Shown in pieces: positions 25,398 through 38,846 of a stretch of 64,000 nucleotides of DNA. The notes below the pieces were generated by a model, which was not told the origin of the DNA, did no database searches, and saw nothing but the letters and a program-made list of their open reading frames with translations. The stretch is from Catajapyx aquilonaris (taxonomy: Eukaryota): NCBI GenBank assembly GCA_000934665.2, contig JYFJ02002012.1, positions 1 through 64,000 of the forward strand. The letters are read 5' to 3'. How positions within the stretch are numbered: the stretch's first letter is position 1; the number at the start of each line of letters is the position of its first letter. The translations under genes were made by a program, and so were the position numbers.

Positions 25398-26129
25398 CAG
25401 GGTGTCCCACTACTTCCCGAACCGGCAAAATGGCGCATAACTGGTAAACCACTTCATGTAGGGTGATGAAATTTTACGGGGACATAGCTTGATCCATGAG
25501 AAAAACTGGCTGCAGGTGTGTGCTGAGCGGAATAAGGCGCAAGCATGTACCGCTACACTCTGGAAGAGCGCGTGTTTCTGGTGCGCACGTACTGGAGAAC
25601 CCAGTCATTCAAGCAGTGTCAAGTGGAATTCGTGAAGAAGTTTGGTGGCCGGAAGCCTCCAGTCCAATCGTCTCTCCATGATTTGGCTACTTTCAGCAGG
25701 ACGGAGCAACATGCCACACATCGAGGGTCAGCATGGCCGTCATGAATTCCTTCTTCCCAGGCCGAGTCATTTCCAAGGGGATTTGGCCACCACGACCACC
25801 CAATTTAACTCCACCGGATTATTTCCTGTGGGGTTACCTAAAAGGACAGGTCTACAAAAAGAAACCAAGAACTATCCCAGCACTGCAGGAAAATATCCGT
25901 TCCGCAATTGAGGGGATAACTCCCGAGATGCTGGCCTGCACTTTCGCGAACATGGAGCGTCGTGTTCAGACCTGCTTGGACACAAACGGGGGCCACTTTC
26001 AGCATCTTCTATGACAATATGTTACTGTCACAGACCAAGGTATGTACCCGTAAAATTTCATCGCCCTACAGCAAGTGGTTTACCAGTTGTGCGCCATTTT
26101 CCCGGTTCGGGAGGTAGTGGGACACCCTG
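25398..26129 (+). mobile_element. Internally deleted Tc1/mariner-superfamily transposon (maT/rosa-like)
   Basis: TA target duplication and ~85-bp TIRs (CAGGGTGTCCCACTACTTCCCGAACCGG... / ...CCGGTTCGGGAGGTAGTGGGACACCCTG). The N-terminal piece MYRYTLEERVFLVRTYW is joined out of frame to FQQDGATCH..WPPRPPNLTPPDYFLWGYLK..GGHFQHLL. Confidence 0.93.
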
Positions 26130-26586
26130 TATTTAGACGTGTGTGAGTGCATGCGAGTAGAAACGGTAGAGGTTGTGACTTTCTGCGCATACAATAATAT
26201 TGGGGGTTTTAAAAATTCAAAAGGTATTGGTATGTTGAGGTGGGCAAATGCATATTTCCCAGCCAATGCAAAGCAAAGGTGGGATTGCAGATGGATCCCA
26301 GGGTACGGAATCACAGATATGTGAATGCACGGAGGAACGGGTGTGTGCATATGATTTGGGGATGGGCATCATCATTGGCTATAAATCCGAAGCGATTAAA
26401 AATATGGTAGGCACTGCACGCCATAGTTTTGTGTACATGAGTTTTATTTTAAAAGAAACTACTTTATGCTTCTTGTTATGCTTTAATTTAATTGTTAAAA
26501 ATATTTGTGACACAATGAGTGGTACCTGGGAGTTCAACTGAAATGACACCCGAAAGCAGGACACAGGGAAAAGTACATCTGCTATG

Positions 26587-28246
26587 CTACTGGAAGTGAT
26601 CCTTGATGATTTGTTGTTGGATTACTTCTCCCTTACACCGCAATGTTTCTGCTTCTTCATCTTCACAATATGGTCCAAGCTCTGGGGGTGGAGGTTGGGT
26701 TGGTACAGGAATTTCCCCTTCTTCACAAGGGTCTGGAACACCATGTGCAATGCATATGTTGTGGAGAGCAGCACAAGCGTTGATAATGTTTCCCACTTTT
26801 TCTGGGCTCAGATGTATTGTGAAATGCCGCAGAAGGCACCGGAACCTGGATTGCAGCAAGTCAAAGCATTCCTCAACGCATCTGCAAGCCTTGGAGTGTG
26901 CAGCATTAAACCTTGCTTCTGGAGAGTCCAAGACAGTTGGTGGATCCTCGACGGGAACTATCAGCCATGGTTCCAATGGAAAATCTTGGTCACCTGCACC
27001 AAATACCAGTAATCAGCATAACTCATCAAAGAAAATGGCATACCAATAAGATCACCAAGGTGTTTAGGGTAGAATCATTATTTTGGAGGTTAATCTATGT
27101 TAAAATGCCAATGATGACAGAAATGTTCTGAATTCTGTTGGATTCAAGGTGTTGGCCACTTGGGCAATAAGATATACCTTTCTCACGTTATCACACAAAA
27201 TTATCGGTTATGGATCATGATCCTTATGGAAAATGATTGTGCAATCATGAGTAATTGTTATCAAAGAGGAGTGACCATCTCCTCAACATTGTATAGATTG
27301 GCATTGTACAAGTAGTAAGCACTGCATATGTTGTGTAAAAACTGCTGTCAGATTCTGAATTAACTTAAAAGCAAACTTACCTATCAACCATTCATCTTTT
27401 CCGAGGCTCCCCTTGGCAAGGTGGTCTCGCAACAAACTAAACTGCCATATCATGCCATCACAGACTGACCCAGGATGCCGAGCTGAAATCCAATTGATCC
27501 TTTTGTTGACATCACATACCTGCAGCATTTAAGTGTATCATTAATTTCTCTTTAATGCAACCATTCATTTGAAACTGGCTGGAATGCCTACCACCAATGC
27601 ATTTATGGAGTCACTGCCGTGATCACACTCCTGCGCAGGCTGCTCCTTTGACCCTCGTAACGTTGGTACAAGGTTTGCCAGGCGTCTTCCATCAACCACA
27701 CCCACCACACCAGGGAATCCAATCCTGCTAAATCCCTCCTTAACCCTAAGCATATTCTCATGCGTTGTAGGAAACTTTATCCATTGCGGACAAATAACCT
27801 TGCCAATAGCTTGAGTGACAGCATTAACTGCCCTGCTGACCGTTGGTTGCGGTACTCCATGGAAGATGTTGCACCCAACGTCAGCCTGGTATGACCCCGC
27901 AGCATAAAACCGCAGAGCAATCAGAACCTGCCGGGTGTATACAAGAAGCTTTATTACCAGTGAAGTTCATGTGTGGGCATATACCGACCTTGGTCTCAGT
28001 GCTGAGAGTGACCCTTGTGGGCCTTGCAGGCTCCAGCTCTGACCTAAGCTGGTCACACACATACTGCACCAGTGGCTTCGGCAAGCGGTACTCCCTCCTG
28101 AAGGCCTGGTCCGTCAGCTGTCGGAAAGGGTCAGCCCTCTCTGAGAACCTCCTGGTCTTGCTGGTGAGGTGGGAGAACAGCCCCACTGCCAGCTGCAGGT
28201 CCTCGTCATCCCTCGCATACCTGGTGTCCCACACACTCCAGGACAT
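26587..28246 (-). CDS. Harbinger/PIF transposase-derived nuclease, HARBI1-like (~379 aa, 4 exons)
   Basis: Exons 28246-27989, 27927-27592, 27519-27381 and 26993-26587 are all GT-AG and in frame. Motifs F..EYRL, VLIALRFYAAGSYQ, QPTVSR, FPGVVGVVDG, ARHPGSVCD, LIGDQDFPLEPWL, FNAAHSKACRCVEECFDLLQSRFRCL and IINACAALHNICI. Confidence 0.88.
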
Positions 28247-28313
28247 TCTCTGGACAAGATCACAGCTGGACCATCCAACATGGCAACCTCTGCGATTCTC
28301 ATACGTGTATCGT

Positions 28314-28321
28314 TATCGATA
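28314..28321. promoter_or_regulatory. DRE-like element TATCGATA upstream of the HARBI1-like gene
   Basis: Exact palindrome about 70 bp upstream of the ATG at 28246. A second copy lies at 1430-1437. Confidence 0.4.
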
Positions 28322-30053
28322 TTTTTCAAACTGTAACCCCGCCGACTTGGCCTCTAGCTACAAAATGATGCAAATGCAACGGAATGTCAAAGATAAACTT
28401 GCGGGAAATAATACTGTAATGGTGATGTGTTAATTGGTTTGTGACTGGTCTCACGTGTGAAGTTGGGATCGTGGTTTTTGACATATTTAGATTATCTGTC
28501 CACTATACATATATAGGGAGAAGGGGATTGGCATTGCATTTGTGTGCGAGTCTCAGAAGGTTTTATAGAAATTGTGTGTGTTAAGTCTGGTATGGTTGTG
28601 TCTGGTGCCATTGGAAGAGACATTTCTGTCAACGTAAGATTATATGCATGTGAAATCATTTTTCTAAATAATGTTCATATTTCTCTAAAATACACAAGCT
28701 GGCTTGTATATACTGTGCCAGAGGTATATGAAATTATTCACTTGCATATCAATACGTACTCTTAAACATAAGGAACTAATAGCCTTTGCACGTTAATGTT
28801 CGTGGACATATTTCGGTAACAATCGTTTTCAGTGACATATTTTTCCCATAGAATCTGGAAGACGTACACCAAATTTTTAATATTTTGATCTCATAAGTTA
28901 GGGATAGTTAGGTAAAAAAAAAATACAGTGATAGGCTAATAACTGGAGAGTGCGCCTTCCTATCATAATTATGCACAGCACGCTGAAAAGCAATTGGTAT
29001 CCACCAATATAATTATTTAAGTTCTAATACATTTATGGAATCAAAATCTCAGCAAATCTGCTTGGCCAGTTTTATTCCAAATATTTGTTTCACACGTGCA
29101 AAGGGAAAGTCAAACCTGGAAAAATCATCTCCCAAAGGCCTATAAAGTAAGGAAAGGAATTAGAAAGTATCCAATATGGAACCAACTTTCCAGACAGAAT
29201 CCGGCTAAAATATACAGACTGTACTGAGTTGGCCATTATGTAATGAAGTCATCGAAAGAGTTTATTTTATGGTTAACACTGCTGCTAGAGAAATTACAAC
29301 GCACCAGAGAAATGTTTGAAAGTTATATGATTCATATCTGGGAAACTTCAAGTTGTTATAGGCTGACAATAATGTTTTCATAAATATCAATATCAGGAAA
29401 GTTCGCATTGTCACGCTCAAATAATCCATCACCTTAGGAAAATCCTAGTCAATCAAATCAACTATGACTTTAATTATCATATGCATTAACCTTGAAATAT
29501 GGAGACGTAATGAGTCAATGGAAGGACAATAACATCACGCATTTACTTGTTTTCTACACCGCAATAGTTGGGGAAGGTCGAGGCCTAAAAAGGCTTGTTT
29601 ATCGCATAAATCCGACTCTTTATGCCACTAATCAACATCCTATCGTATTACGCAACATTCGAGCCTTTACATCCTGCAAGTGCAGGTAATACAAGTATGC
29701 AAACTCTATAGTACAGGTGTATCAGGTGCGGAAGAGGAAGACAATTGACCCTAAAAGTTTCCGCCAAGCTCTGCATGTCCCACTTTCACTAACGGGTACA
29801 AGCATTTAATGGTCCAACAGAAAAATACCATAAATACATCGTACACAATATTTTAATGTCAATTTTCAACACCCCCATATTGATTAATCAATCACTAAGA
29901 ACATGTCTAACCCTTTGGCAATTGCTATGCGGTTGCGGAAAAAAGTACTGGTGCAAGTGGTATGTCTGCTGGTTCACCTTGAAGGTAGTGTACGGCAGGG
30001 AGGCGGAGGAAAAGGTTCAGTAGGTCCGTACCAGTCACCGGGTGCAGTTCATC

Positions 30054-33000
30054 ATGCAAGGGGCCAAACTGGAGGACCTGTTGCAGCTGTCAGGAAGATT
30101 CGGGAGGTACCAGTGGGCTGTGCTGATGGGGGTGGCCTTGCCTGGGGTCATCTTCCTCTGGCACAACTTCGGGATGGTCTTCGGGGCAGCGGTACCGGAC
30201 CATTGGTGCAGGCTGCCGGAAGAGTTCATGGAGACCAACTGGACCACGGAACAGATCAAGCGAGTTGCGATTCCAAGGTGCTTTTAAAAATATTTTATTA
30301 CCAAGTGTTTCAAAAATGAGCTCAATATGCTTGGCATGATGTGAACAAACATACCGGACAGGTCATTAGGTTATGGGTGTATTGTGCAACTCAAAGCAAC
30401 AATCTATTGAAGATGAGCCTTGCATACCTTGGATGCCGACCTGTATGATAGTTGACACCAATTTCATAGCATGCTTGGTATGTCTGGGAGATGATAACCT
30501 CTTGAGACAATAGTATTTTGTGTAACTGATGGTGAAACTTTTGCTTCGCAATTGTTTAGTAATCGATTCTTTGTGCATCTCCAGTCGCAATGATTTATGA
30601 GCGACAAAACTTTTTTTTAGCAAGGCACACTGGCTTCAGTGGGTTGTGTGGTGCTTGAAACGCTTCCTTCTTGGTATGAAGCCATTTTTCTTCAATAGTT
30701 GCAATGCACACCTTACCAAACATTTTTAAGGAAATGCCCATATTCTCATTTTTTGCTTCACGTTTACAAATACTAATAATAACTGAAGCTGTAGTGATTG
30801 AGCTATTGTGAATTACCTGCTCGTGTATGGATAGGTAATGTAATCATGTATTAACCGAGTTTTTAAAATCTGAATGGCGATCAAAATTAATGTCGATTAG
30901 ATTATGGTTGAGTAGTCAATGACACGCAGTAATATTAACAGATAATGCAACCTAATTGTGAGTAGAAAATACCGAATGAACTACAGTATAACACTCTCTA
31001 GAAGTCTAGATGCTGCGTTTATTCTGAACGTATCTTATTTTTTCAGTTTCTTAAAGATTGCATTTAGAATTTGTAGTGTTTATCGCTTATACGCTCGAAA
31101 TGTAGTCAAGTCACCGTCTTACAGTGCATAAATTACAGCATTACATGTTCCTGTCCTCGAAGTAATTATAGTCTACTGTTTTTCCCCCCTAAGTAGGCTA
31201 TTCTAGATATCCCTTTCTTGACCTTCAAAATACGCATTTCCCATAAGAGATGTACATGTGTATTTGGAGCAAAAATGGTACATCAAATAGGTGAAGGCTA
31301 CATTTAAAGTTTAGTCGGTTGGTAATGTACTTTTACACTGGATAAAACACAAAGGGTAACTTAACCCTTAACTACGTAGGTGGGTGAAACACCTTTAACT
31401 ACGTAGGTGGAGCCTGAGAGGCTCCAACGGTATATTTAAATTTCTGCTTATCAACTAAATTGTTATATTGGACTTTTCACATACAGAAAGTGCAGTTCAG
31501 ATCATTGGGCTTCCGAAAACGTAAAAATCACACGCTGAGTCAGCATATTCCGACAGAAAAAAAATCGTAACGCGGAACAGGTGCCACCTTGGAGCCGCTC
31601 AGGCTCCACCTACGTAGTTAAGGGTGTTGTTTTTTTCCCCCCCTATCGCGACGAAAATTCGGCCGATATACCGGTACAAACTCAAGCAGTCCTCGCGTTT
31701 GTACCGGTATATCGGGCGAATTTTCGTCCGGCGAATTTGTTTCGGGAGAAGTGTGACGAAACCAATTCAGACGCTCTCCACGGAGATAGGGAAAAATACG
31801 ACATCCTTAACTACGTAGGTGGAGCCTGAGCGGCTCCAGTAGGGACATGTTCTTCGTTACGAATTTTTTTCAGCCAAAGAATGGTGACTAAAATTCTTTT
31901 CTTCTTCTTTTCATGCTCAGGAAGATTTTTGTGACAAAGTCACGGAAGGACAGGGGGAAAAATCATTTAATTAAAAAGTTACATGCGTTTGAATAGTGGT
32001 TGGAGCCTCTCAGGCTCCACCTACGTAGTTAAGGGTTAACATTGCTTCTCTCAATGCAACGCTTTTGTTCTCATATTATTTGATCTGGCCTTCAGCAGAT
32101 AAGATTATTATTCCCTTCTGAAGAATCTGAACCTGATAATAGCATGTATTGTTAATGCAAATCCTGTCTGTGCCAAAATCGCCAAAACACATACAGTTCT
32201 GAGAAGCCTAATAATAGGCAGAGAAAATCCGTACAAAAAGTTATGAATCAATGTATATAATTATTGCTGTACGGCCTATAATGTGAATAGGAAAATAATA
32301 GTTGAGAGAGTATAATTAGTAAACCCTTCGCCTATTGCGTCTCTTATTAGGAGCCATCACTCAAGCGGCGATGCCTTTGACCACTGCCGAATGTTCCAGA
32401 GGAACTATTCTGCACTGGCTTCTTCTGGCTATCACGAAGAACTGGACAGGACAGAAGGGTTACCTGTCACCAAATGCCAAAATTGGGAGTTTGACACTAC
32501 CATGCAAACTTCAACAGTGGCAACTGAGGTCAGTCCAAATTCCGTAAAGACATTGCCCTCAACTTAATTTTTTGTTGCCTCCTACATTTTGCTGTTTTTT
32601 CTTCCTTATCACCAAGGTCATACCTGTTCAGACTTCTTACCCTTTGAGTACAGTTCGCCTGCGTCTCTATTCATTGTTTTACATCTGCAACTTTTTTCAA
32701 TCGGCATATTCGAGTATGTAAATTGTGAGGTAATAACTTGTAAACATGCAGTTTACGTGCCACTTGACTGCCTGGAAAGGAAAAGTAAGGACAGAAGTAT
32801 GTCAAGGGTTTTTACTGTTTATTTTGTACTCTCCTTTCACGCAAGTAGGCCCATCACATACTTTCCTTCTCAATATCGCATTTCCCCGTCAATTAAAATA
32901 TTTTAAAATGATTTTCAGTGGGAATTGGTGTGCGGACGCCTTCCGATGGTTCCTGTCCTGCAGACAATCTACATGGGAGGCGTCTTGGTAGGCTCCTTAT

Positions 33001-34663
33001 TTTTTGGCCCATTCTCTGATAGATTTGGGCGAAGACAGGCCATCCTTGTGGCCACGACATGCACTGTCCTTAGTTCGATGACCAGTGCATTCGCGCCCAA
33101 CTACGCGTCCTTGGCTGTCCTTAGGTTCCTGGTCGGATTAGGAATTGTCGGAATGTACGCCTGTGCCTTTGTCTTAGGTAAGAAATGCTCCACATAATTT
33201 TGATGTATGTTGGAAAAAATAATTCACAACTTTTATACTGGCCATTTTCAGTTGAATGTTACACTCTGTAATGTAAAGAGATTAATAGCGTTGTCTCTTC
33301 TGTTCAGTTGCTGAGATGTCACCAGACCATAAGCGGACAACGTGTGCCTTTGTCTTCGACATATTCACAGCCTTGGGAAGAGCCACAGTGGGCGTGATTG
33401 CCTACTTCTTCCGCGACTGGAGGCAGCTCCTGATGGCCTTTGCTCTACCCAGCCTTTGTTTCCTCACCTTCTTCTGGTTCGTCACGGTTTACGACGCAAT
33501 CTATAGGAACGTGCTATGAAACAGTAATTATTTGTGCATCCTATTTTCTACAGGGTGTTACCAGACTCAGTCAGATGGCTGCTATTGAAAGGTCGGTTTA
33601 AAGAGGCTGAGAGAATTCTGAGAACTGCGGGTAAGATCAACGGGAAAGAGCTGCCTAGTTCGCATGAAATCAGAAGCATGATGGAATCTCTTCGTCAGAA
33701 TGTATGTGCCGTACTGTTTCAAAACGTGTATACCGATTTTGTCAGCTTCCACTTTGCAGGAGCTAGGTGACGATACTGAAGAAGTTGAAGACACCAGGTC
33801 CAAAAACTGCGGGCTTCAAATATGGGTGTTTGTCAAAAGCCCGGAGATGAGACGACGTAGTCTGCCCATGCTTTTCTCCTGGTTCACCCTGTGCTTCGTC
33901 ACCCAAGGGCTGGCCTTCCATTTCGCTCGACTGCCCTTCAGCCCCAATCTTGCCCATGTCATTAACGGAACAGCGTTGGTTATGGCAAGAATTGTCATAG
34001 TCTTCTGGCCTCTTCCGGACATTCTGGGTAGGAGGATGTCATACTCCGGATGCTTCCTTCTTGGAGGTCTTGCAGGGGTACTTATCCCGGCTGTTCCTGC
34101 AGGTAATGAGTAGCCTGTCAATCATAGTGTAGCAACATCATCATCTCGCATTCTTCACCTTGTCAGACTGGGGGTGGTTAACAGTGACCTTGACGCTGTC
34201 TAGTAGCATCCTGGTGACCCTGGCATTTACACTGGCGTTTTTGTACACTGCTGAACTCTTTCCGACCGAGGTCAGAAATGCGGCCATTGGACTTGGGTCA
34301 CTCAGCGCCAGGATTGGGGGAATGGCAGCCCCTTTTGTTGTTGACCTCGGGGTAATATGTAATATCCGGTACAGTATAATCAACAAATTGCATTAGAGAT
34401 TATCGCCTGTACTTACCCATGTAGTCAGCCGGATAATCGCGTGATGCAATTAGCGGATTATACTTAATATTAATGAAAAGGTCCAACACATTCGCTAATT
34501 CTGATCATTTTTGCAGGGTATGTACCATGCGGCGGTGCCCAGTGTTGTGTTTGGTGCATTTGCTGCTGCTGCAGGCTTCCTTTGCTTGTTGTTGCCAGAG
34601 ACGAAAGGGAAAAGGTTACAAGAGACTGTGACGCAAGTGCAGGATGATGACTGTTGTCGGTGA
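30054..34663 (+). CDS. SLC22/Orct-like organic cation transporter, copy A
   Basis: Exons 30054-30277, 32351-32528, 32919-33177, 33308-33476, 33554-33701, 33760-34102, 34167-34351 and 34517-34663. Motifs G.FGRYQ, PDHWC, TEWELVC, SDRFGRR, PDSVRWL, AELFPTEVRN and LPETKG. Confidence 0.93.
31365..32035. mobile_element. piggyBac-type non-autonomous composite element in SLC22-A intron 1
   Basis: TTAA duplication at 31361-64 and 32036-39, termini CCCTTAACTACGTAGGTGG ... CCACCTACGTAGTTAAGGG, and additional internal TIR copies. Confidence 0.85.
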
Positions 34664-35160
34664 CCTAAGGGTCGGAACCAAGTGTCTCATATTAATATTG
34701 TGTGGCAGGTTCCTTTTATCTGTCTATGACAGTTGCCTGTTACATGTTAAAATATTGTAAATAGCTTCTTGCACAACCAGTGGTAATGAAGTGTTCCTGT
34801 CAGTTGCAAAATTAATAAAATCATAGTCACACTCCATCTATTATATTGCAAACGCATCCATGAGTCAAGGTCAGCCAAGGCAATGCATAACTACTATATC
34901 TTCAGGAGGTTAAAGCTTTCTAATTTGATCTGCGAAAATAATTGATCCCTGATTATAGTTTCCCAATAGACATGAATTGTTATTGATTTTCCGCCATTCA
35001 TTCGATTAGTTTAATTAAAATATTGATTTGCAGAAATATGTCGACCATTGCCCTGAGTATTAGTTCATGTGTTCAGACGATGACCTGCAGTAGTAGATAA
35101 TTATCTGCACTGAACCCACTGAAAATATACAACTGGAAATTGCTATCTGGATGTTCCACG

Positions 35161-35880
35161 TCGGGGAAGTACCAGTGGGCAATGCTGATGGGGGTGGCCT
35201 TCCCTGGGATCATCTTCATCTAGACAACTTCGGGATGGTCTTCGGGACAGCGGTACCGGACCTTTGGCTGCCAGAAGGGTTCAGAGAGACCAACTGGACC
35301 ACGGAGAAGATCAAACGAGATGCGATTCTAAGGTGAATATTTGCTTTTTTTAAAAAAGAGTGTTTCATAATTTATTGAGCTTACTTTCGATGGCGCGGAT
35401 GTTTGCACATGATGTGAACTCACATATACCAGAAAGGTAGTTAAGTTATGTGGTATAATAGTGTAACTCACCGCCACAATTTGAAGATGAGGCATAATAG
35501 AGCGTTGCATGCCTTGGATGCTGACCTGTATGCTATGTGATACCTATTTCTATTTCATAACATGCTTGGTATGTCTTGAAGATGATAACATCTTCCTGGG
35601 ACACTTTGTGTAACTGATGGTGAAACAGTCTTGTGGCTCTCAATTGTTTAGCAATAGAGTCTTTGCACAGCGTCTTGTTCATCTCCAGTCGCAATGATTT
35701 ATGAGCGCCAAGAAGTTTCTTGAGCATGGCAGACTATACAGTATACCGTCTTGTGCGTGGTGTGATGTTTGAAGTGCTTCCTTTTTTGTGTGGAACCATT
35801 TTTCTTCAATCATCGCAACGTACATCTTACCAAACGTTATATTAACGAAATGTCCGTATTAAGCGTTTTGCTTCATTTTT
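35161..35880 (+). pseudogene. Truncated, frameshifted duplicate of SLC22-A exon 1 and adjacent intron
   Basis: 35161-35331 matches 30101-30277 (CAGTGGGC..CTGATGGGGGTGGCC..ACCAACTGGACCACGGA) with indels and an in-frame TAG. The following ~550 bp match intron 30278-30760. Confidence 0.85.
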
Positions 35881-36324
35881 AAAGGTGTTGCGTTTACTCT
35901 GAACATACCCTTATTAATGGGGATAAAATTTTATAATTCATGTGTCATTCGCACTTTGAAGCTGCGGCATTGCATTGACAAGATACGCAGCATTTATGTA
36001 CTGATGGGTGGTGCACTGGTGGACTAGCCAAGTTTTAATATCCATATTTTAAAATGTATCCCGATTACCGTGACCGTATGAAATGACCACTGCATCAACC
36101 ATGCAAATACACACACAAAAGTCCAAGGGTATATTACGTTTCGGATCAATCTACCCAGACTAGATCAAGGCAACGGCCATCAACACGCAAGTGATTGCAC
36201 GAGCATAAAATGTGTCACTGTACTAAAGCGTCCTGTAAGTAAATAACAAAAAGGTCGTGATCTACAGACACTTCTATAGGTCAACATAGCATGCGGGGTG
36301 GTCAGTGATAAGATTGGCTGTGCA

Positions 36325-38846
36325 ATGGAAGACGCAAGCTTCGAAGCTCTTCTATCCAAAGCCGGAGATTTTGGGAAGTGGCAAATTACAATCCTTTTTT
36401 TCGGTGCCCTTTCCGGACTGTTCCTCAAGTTCCACCACCTTGGATATGTGTTTCATTCTGCCATACCTGGCCATTGGTGTGCTTCAGAAGAGCTGCTTAG
36501 CTCAAACTGGACCTCTGACCAAAAACGACAAATCAGCGTTCCTCGAGACGAAAACGGCCAATGGAGCCAGTGCCAGATTAAAGACAGAGATTACTCTTCC
36601 ATCTCCAATCTCACCTTTCAAGAAGCACTTCTTCATGAACGAAAGGAAAATCAATCAACCTACTGCTCCACCTGGGAGTTTGACCAAAGTGAGTTTGTCT
36701 CCACTACAGTATCAGAGGTGAGTAACAGCAATCATGCTAGTAAAATTAATTGTTCAATATGGTATGAGCATGTCATAATTATCAACGCTGCACTTTTCTT
36801 TTTTTTTGTAAAAGACCATGATAATTTTAGTTCCACCCAAACTTTACCGTTGTGTTTTAGTGGGACTTGGTGTGCTCCAATGCGGCGTTGCGCCCCACGA
36901 TACAAGGGGTGTACATGATAGGAGTGTTGTGTTCGTCCCTAGTGTTTTCTCCTATGGCTGACCAAATAGGGAAAAGACGTACTCTAGTACCGGCTTTGTT
37001 GTTGTCGGTGTCGTCGACATTGGCGTCCAGTTTCATGCCATCTTACTACGGGTTTTTGATTTTGAGATTTCTTACGGGAATGGGAGCCATGGGTGTGTAC
37101 TGCTGCGTCGTTGTTGTTGGTGAGTTATGTACGAAACGTAATTTGTCAATGGTGTTTCTCTCAACGTATTGATGATTTCAGTTCTGGAATGTGTCGGAGT
37201 TCATCGTAGGGGAGCTACCATGATGTTCTTCGATGTGGGTCCTCCAGTAGGTACCCTCTTGTGGACTCTTCTGGCTTACTACGTCAGAGAATGGCGACAG
37301 CTATACCTCACTGTCGGTTTAGCAGGAACCATCTTCATATCGTACTACTGGTATTTATATAGCCCACCTCCCACCATATATACATTCTTGAGTCATAATT
37401 AGAGTGTCACTAATTGAAAACAGGCTTATTACAGAGTCCCCTCGTTGGTTGGTGTTGAGAGGAAGATACCCAGAAGCCATCTGTATTCTCCAGAAAATTG
37501 CCAGGTGGAACAAGAAGCAACTTCCTAGCAATGAGGAGCTGACAGCTGCTATGGAACTCATTCGCAAAAAAGTTAGTTTCCAATACAGTGTTGCACAAAA
37601 AAAAATTGCTGTCAGTTGTACTGTGAGTTTCTTACTTTCATTTCAGGATATCCAGTGTGTGGTCCAATTGAGTATTTTGGAGAGGTTGAAAAAACCGTTG
37701 GTGTTTTGGAGAACACCCGAGATGAGACGTCGAAGTTTCTGTGTGTTCTGGTGCTTCTTTGTCGTGTCCGTAGCTGGGTTTGGAGTGACTTTTTTGGCTG
37801 TCATGCTGCCTCTCAGCATTCACCTGGTGATGTTGGTCGACGGACTGCAAAGTTCCATAGTTAGAGTCGCGATCATACCAGTGTTGGAAAGATATGGAAG
37901 GAGACGTGTCTTTTCCACTTCATTCTTTTTCCTAGCCCTTTTTCTCCTGGTTTTTCTGATCATCCCAGAGGATGGACATGCTTGGGCAAGCTGGATCGTA
38001 CTGGAGTTTTCAGTCACCTGCATATCAATAAACTTTACCGTAGAATACCTCATGGCAGCTGAACTTTTCCCAACATCTCTGCGAAACACAGCTATTGGCA
38101 TAGCGTCGGTTCACTCTCGGTTTGGTGCGATTATTGCTCCGTTCATCGTTGATTTTCTGGTAAGATTCTATTGGTTACTCATGATATCTGATGATAGTAA
38201 GATGTGTTTCTCTTTTGCACGTTGTTTATTAATTTATCCCGAGGCAGATGTCTCAAATAAAAATTAAATCATGTTAGATCGCCTTCAGACTATGCAGACA
38301 TGAAATGCAGAAGGATGAGTGTCATATTTTGGTCTATATTGAGTTACGTAGACATAGTGTAATATTTGCATGTAAGTCTTGACGCTTACTTGCTAATATC
38401 AAAGTCAGTTACTCGTAGAGAAGTTGTTGAAAATAAAATATCCCATAAATATAATTATGTAATCTTCAAACTTCAAACTCTCACATCTCGAAATCATGAC
38501 TCTGATCAGGCTGTTTCAGATACATGATTCAAAATAATGCAGATGTTTACATACTCTTCATACTGCTGTAAATTATTGTAATGGATGTATTTCAACAAAA
38601 TGTAGTTATTTTTTACAGTATCGTATTAATGTGTATGATTCTGTCATTTTACAGGCACCAATACATCGTGCAATACCAGCTGCCATCTTCTCTGCTGCTG
38701 CTATCATCGCTGGAGCAGTTACTTTACTTATGCCTGAAATGACAGGGCAGCGTCTTCCTGAAACTGCAGCAGATGTTGAGGACTACAAGAGAAAGAAGTC
38801 GACAAATAGTGTTCTGGTCCAACTTCAAGATTTAGGGACCTGTTAA
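36325..38846 (+). CDS. SLC22/Orct-like transporter, copy B
   Basis: Exons 36325-36717, 36861-37119, 37182-37350, 37424-37571, 37647-38159 and 38655-38846. Motifs GDFGKWQ, PGHWC, SEWDLVC, ESPRWL, AELFPTSLRN and MPEMTG. Confidence 0.93.

Noticed and set aside
6359..28246. Functional pairing of the Sola-derived gene with the HARBI1-like gene as a two-component system
   Set aside because: They come from different transposon superfamilies and are ~17 kb apart with three unrelated genes between; proximity alone is not evidence.
27843..28433. 196-aa plus-strand ORF and other ORFs over 26584-27131
   Set aside because: Antisense shadows of the HARBI1-like exons.
31365..32035. CRISPR-like repeated 35-bp palindromic units
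   Set aside because: Eukaryotic intron, repeats in both orientations with irregular spacing and a TTAA duplication; these are transposon termini.
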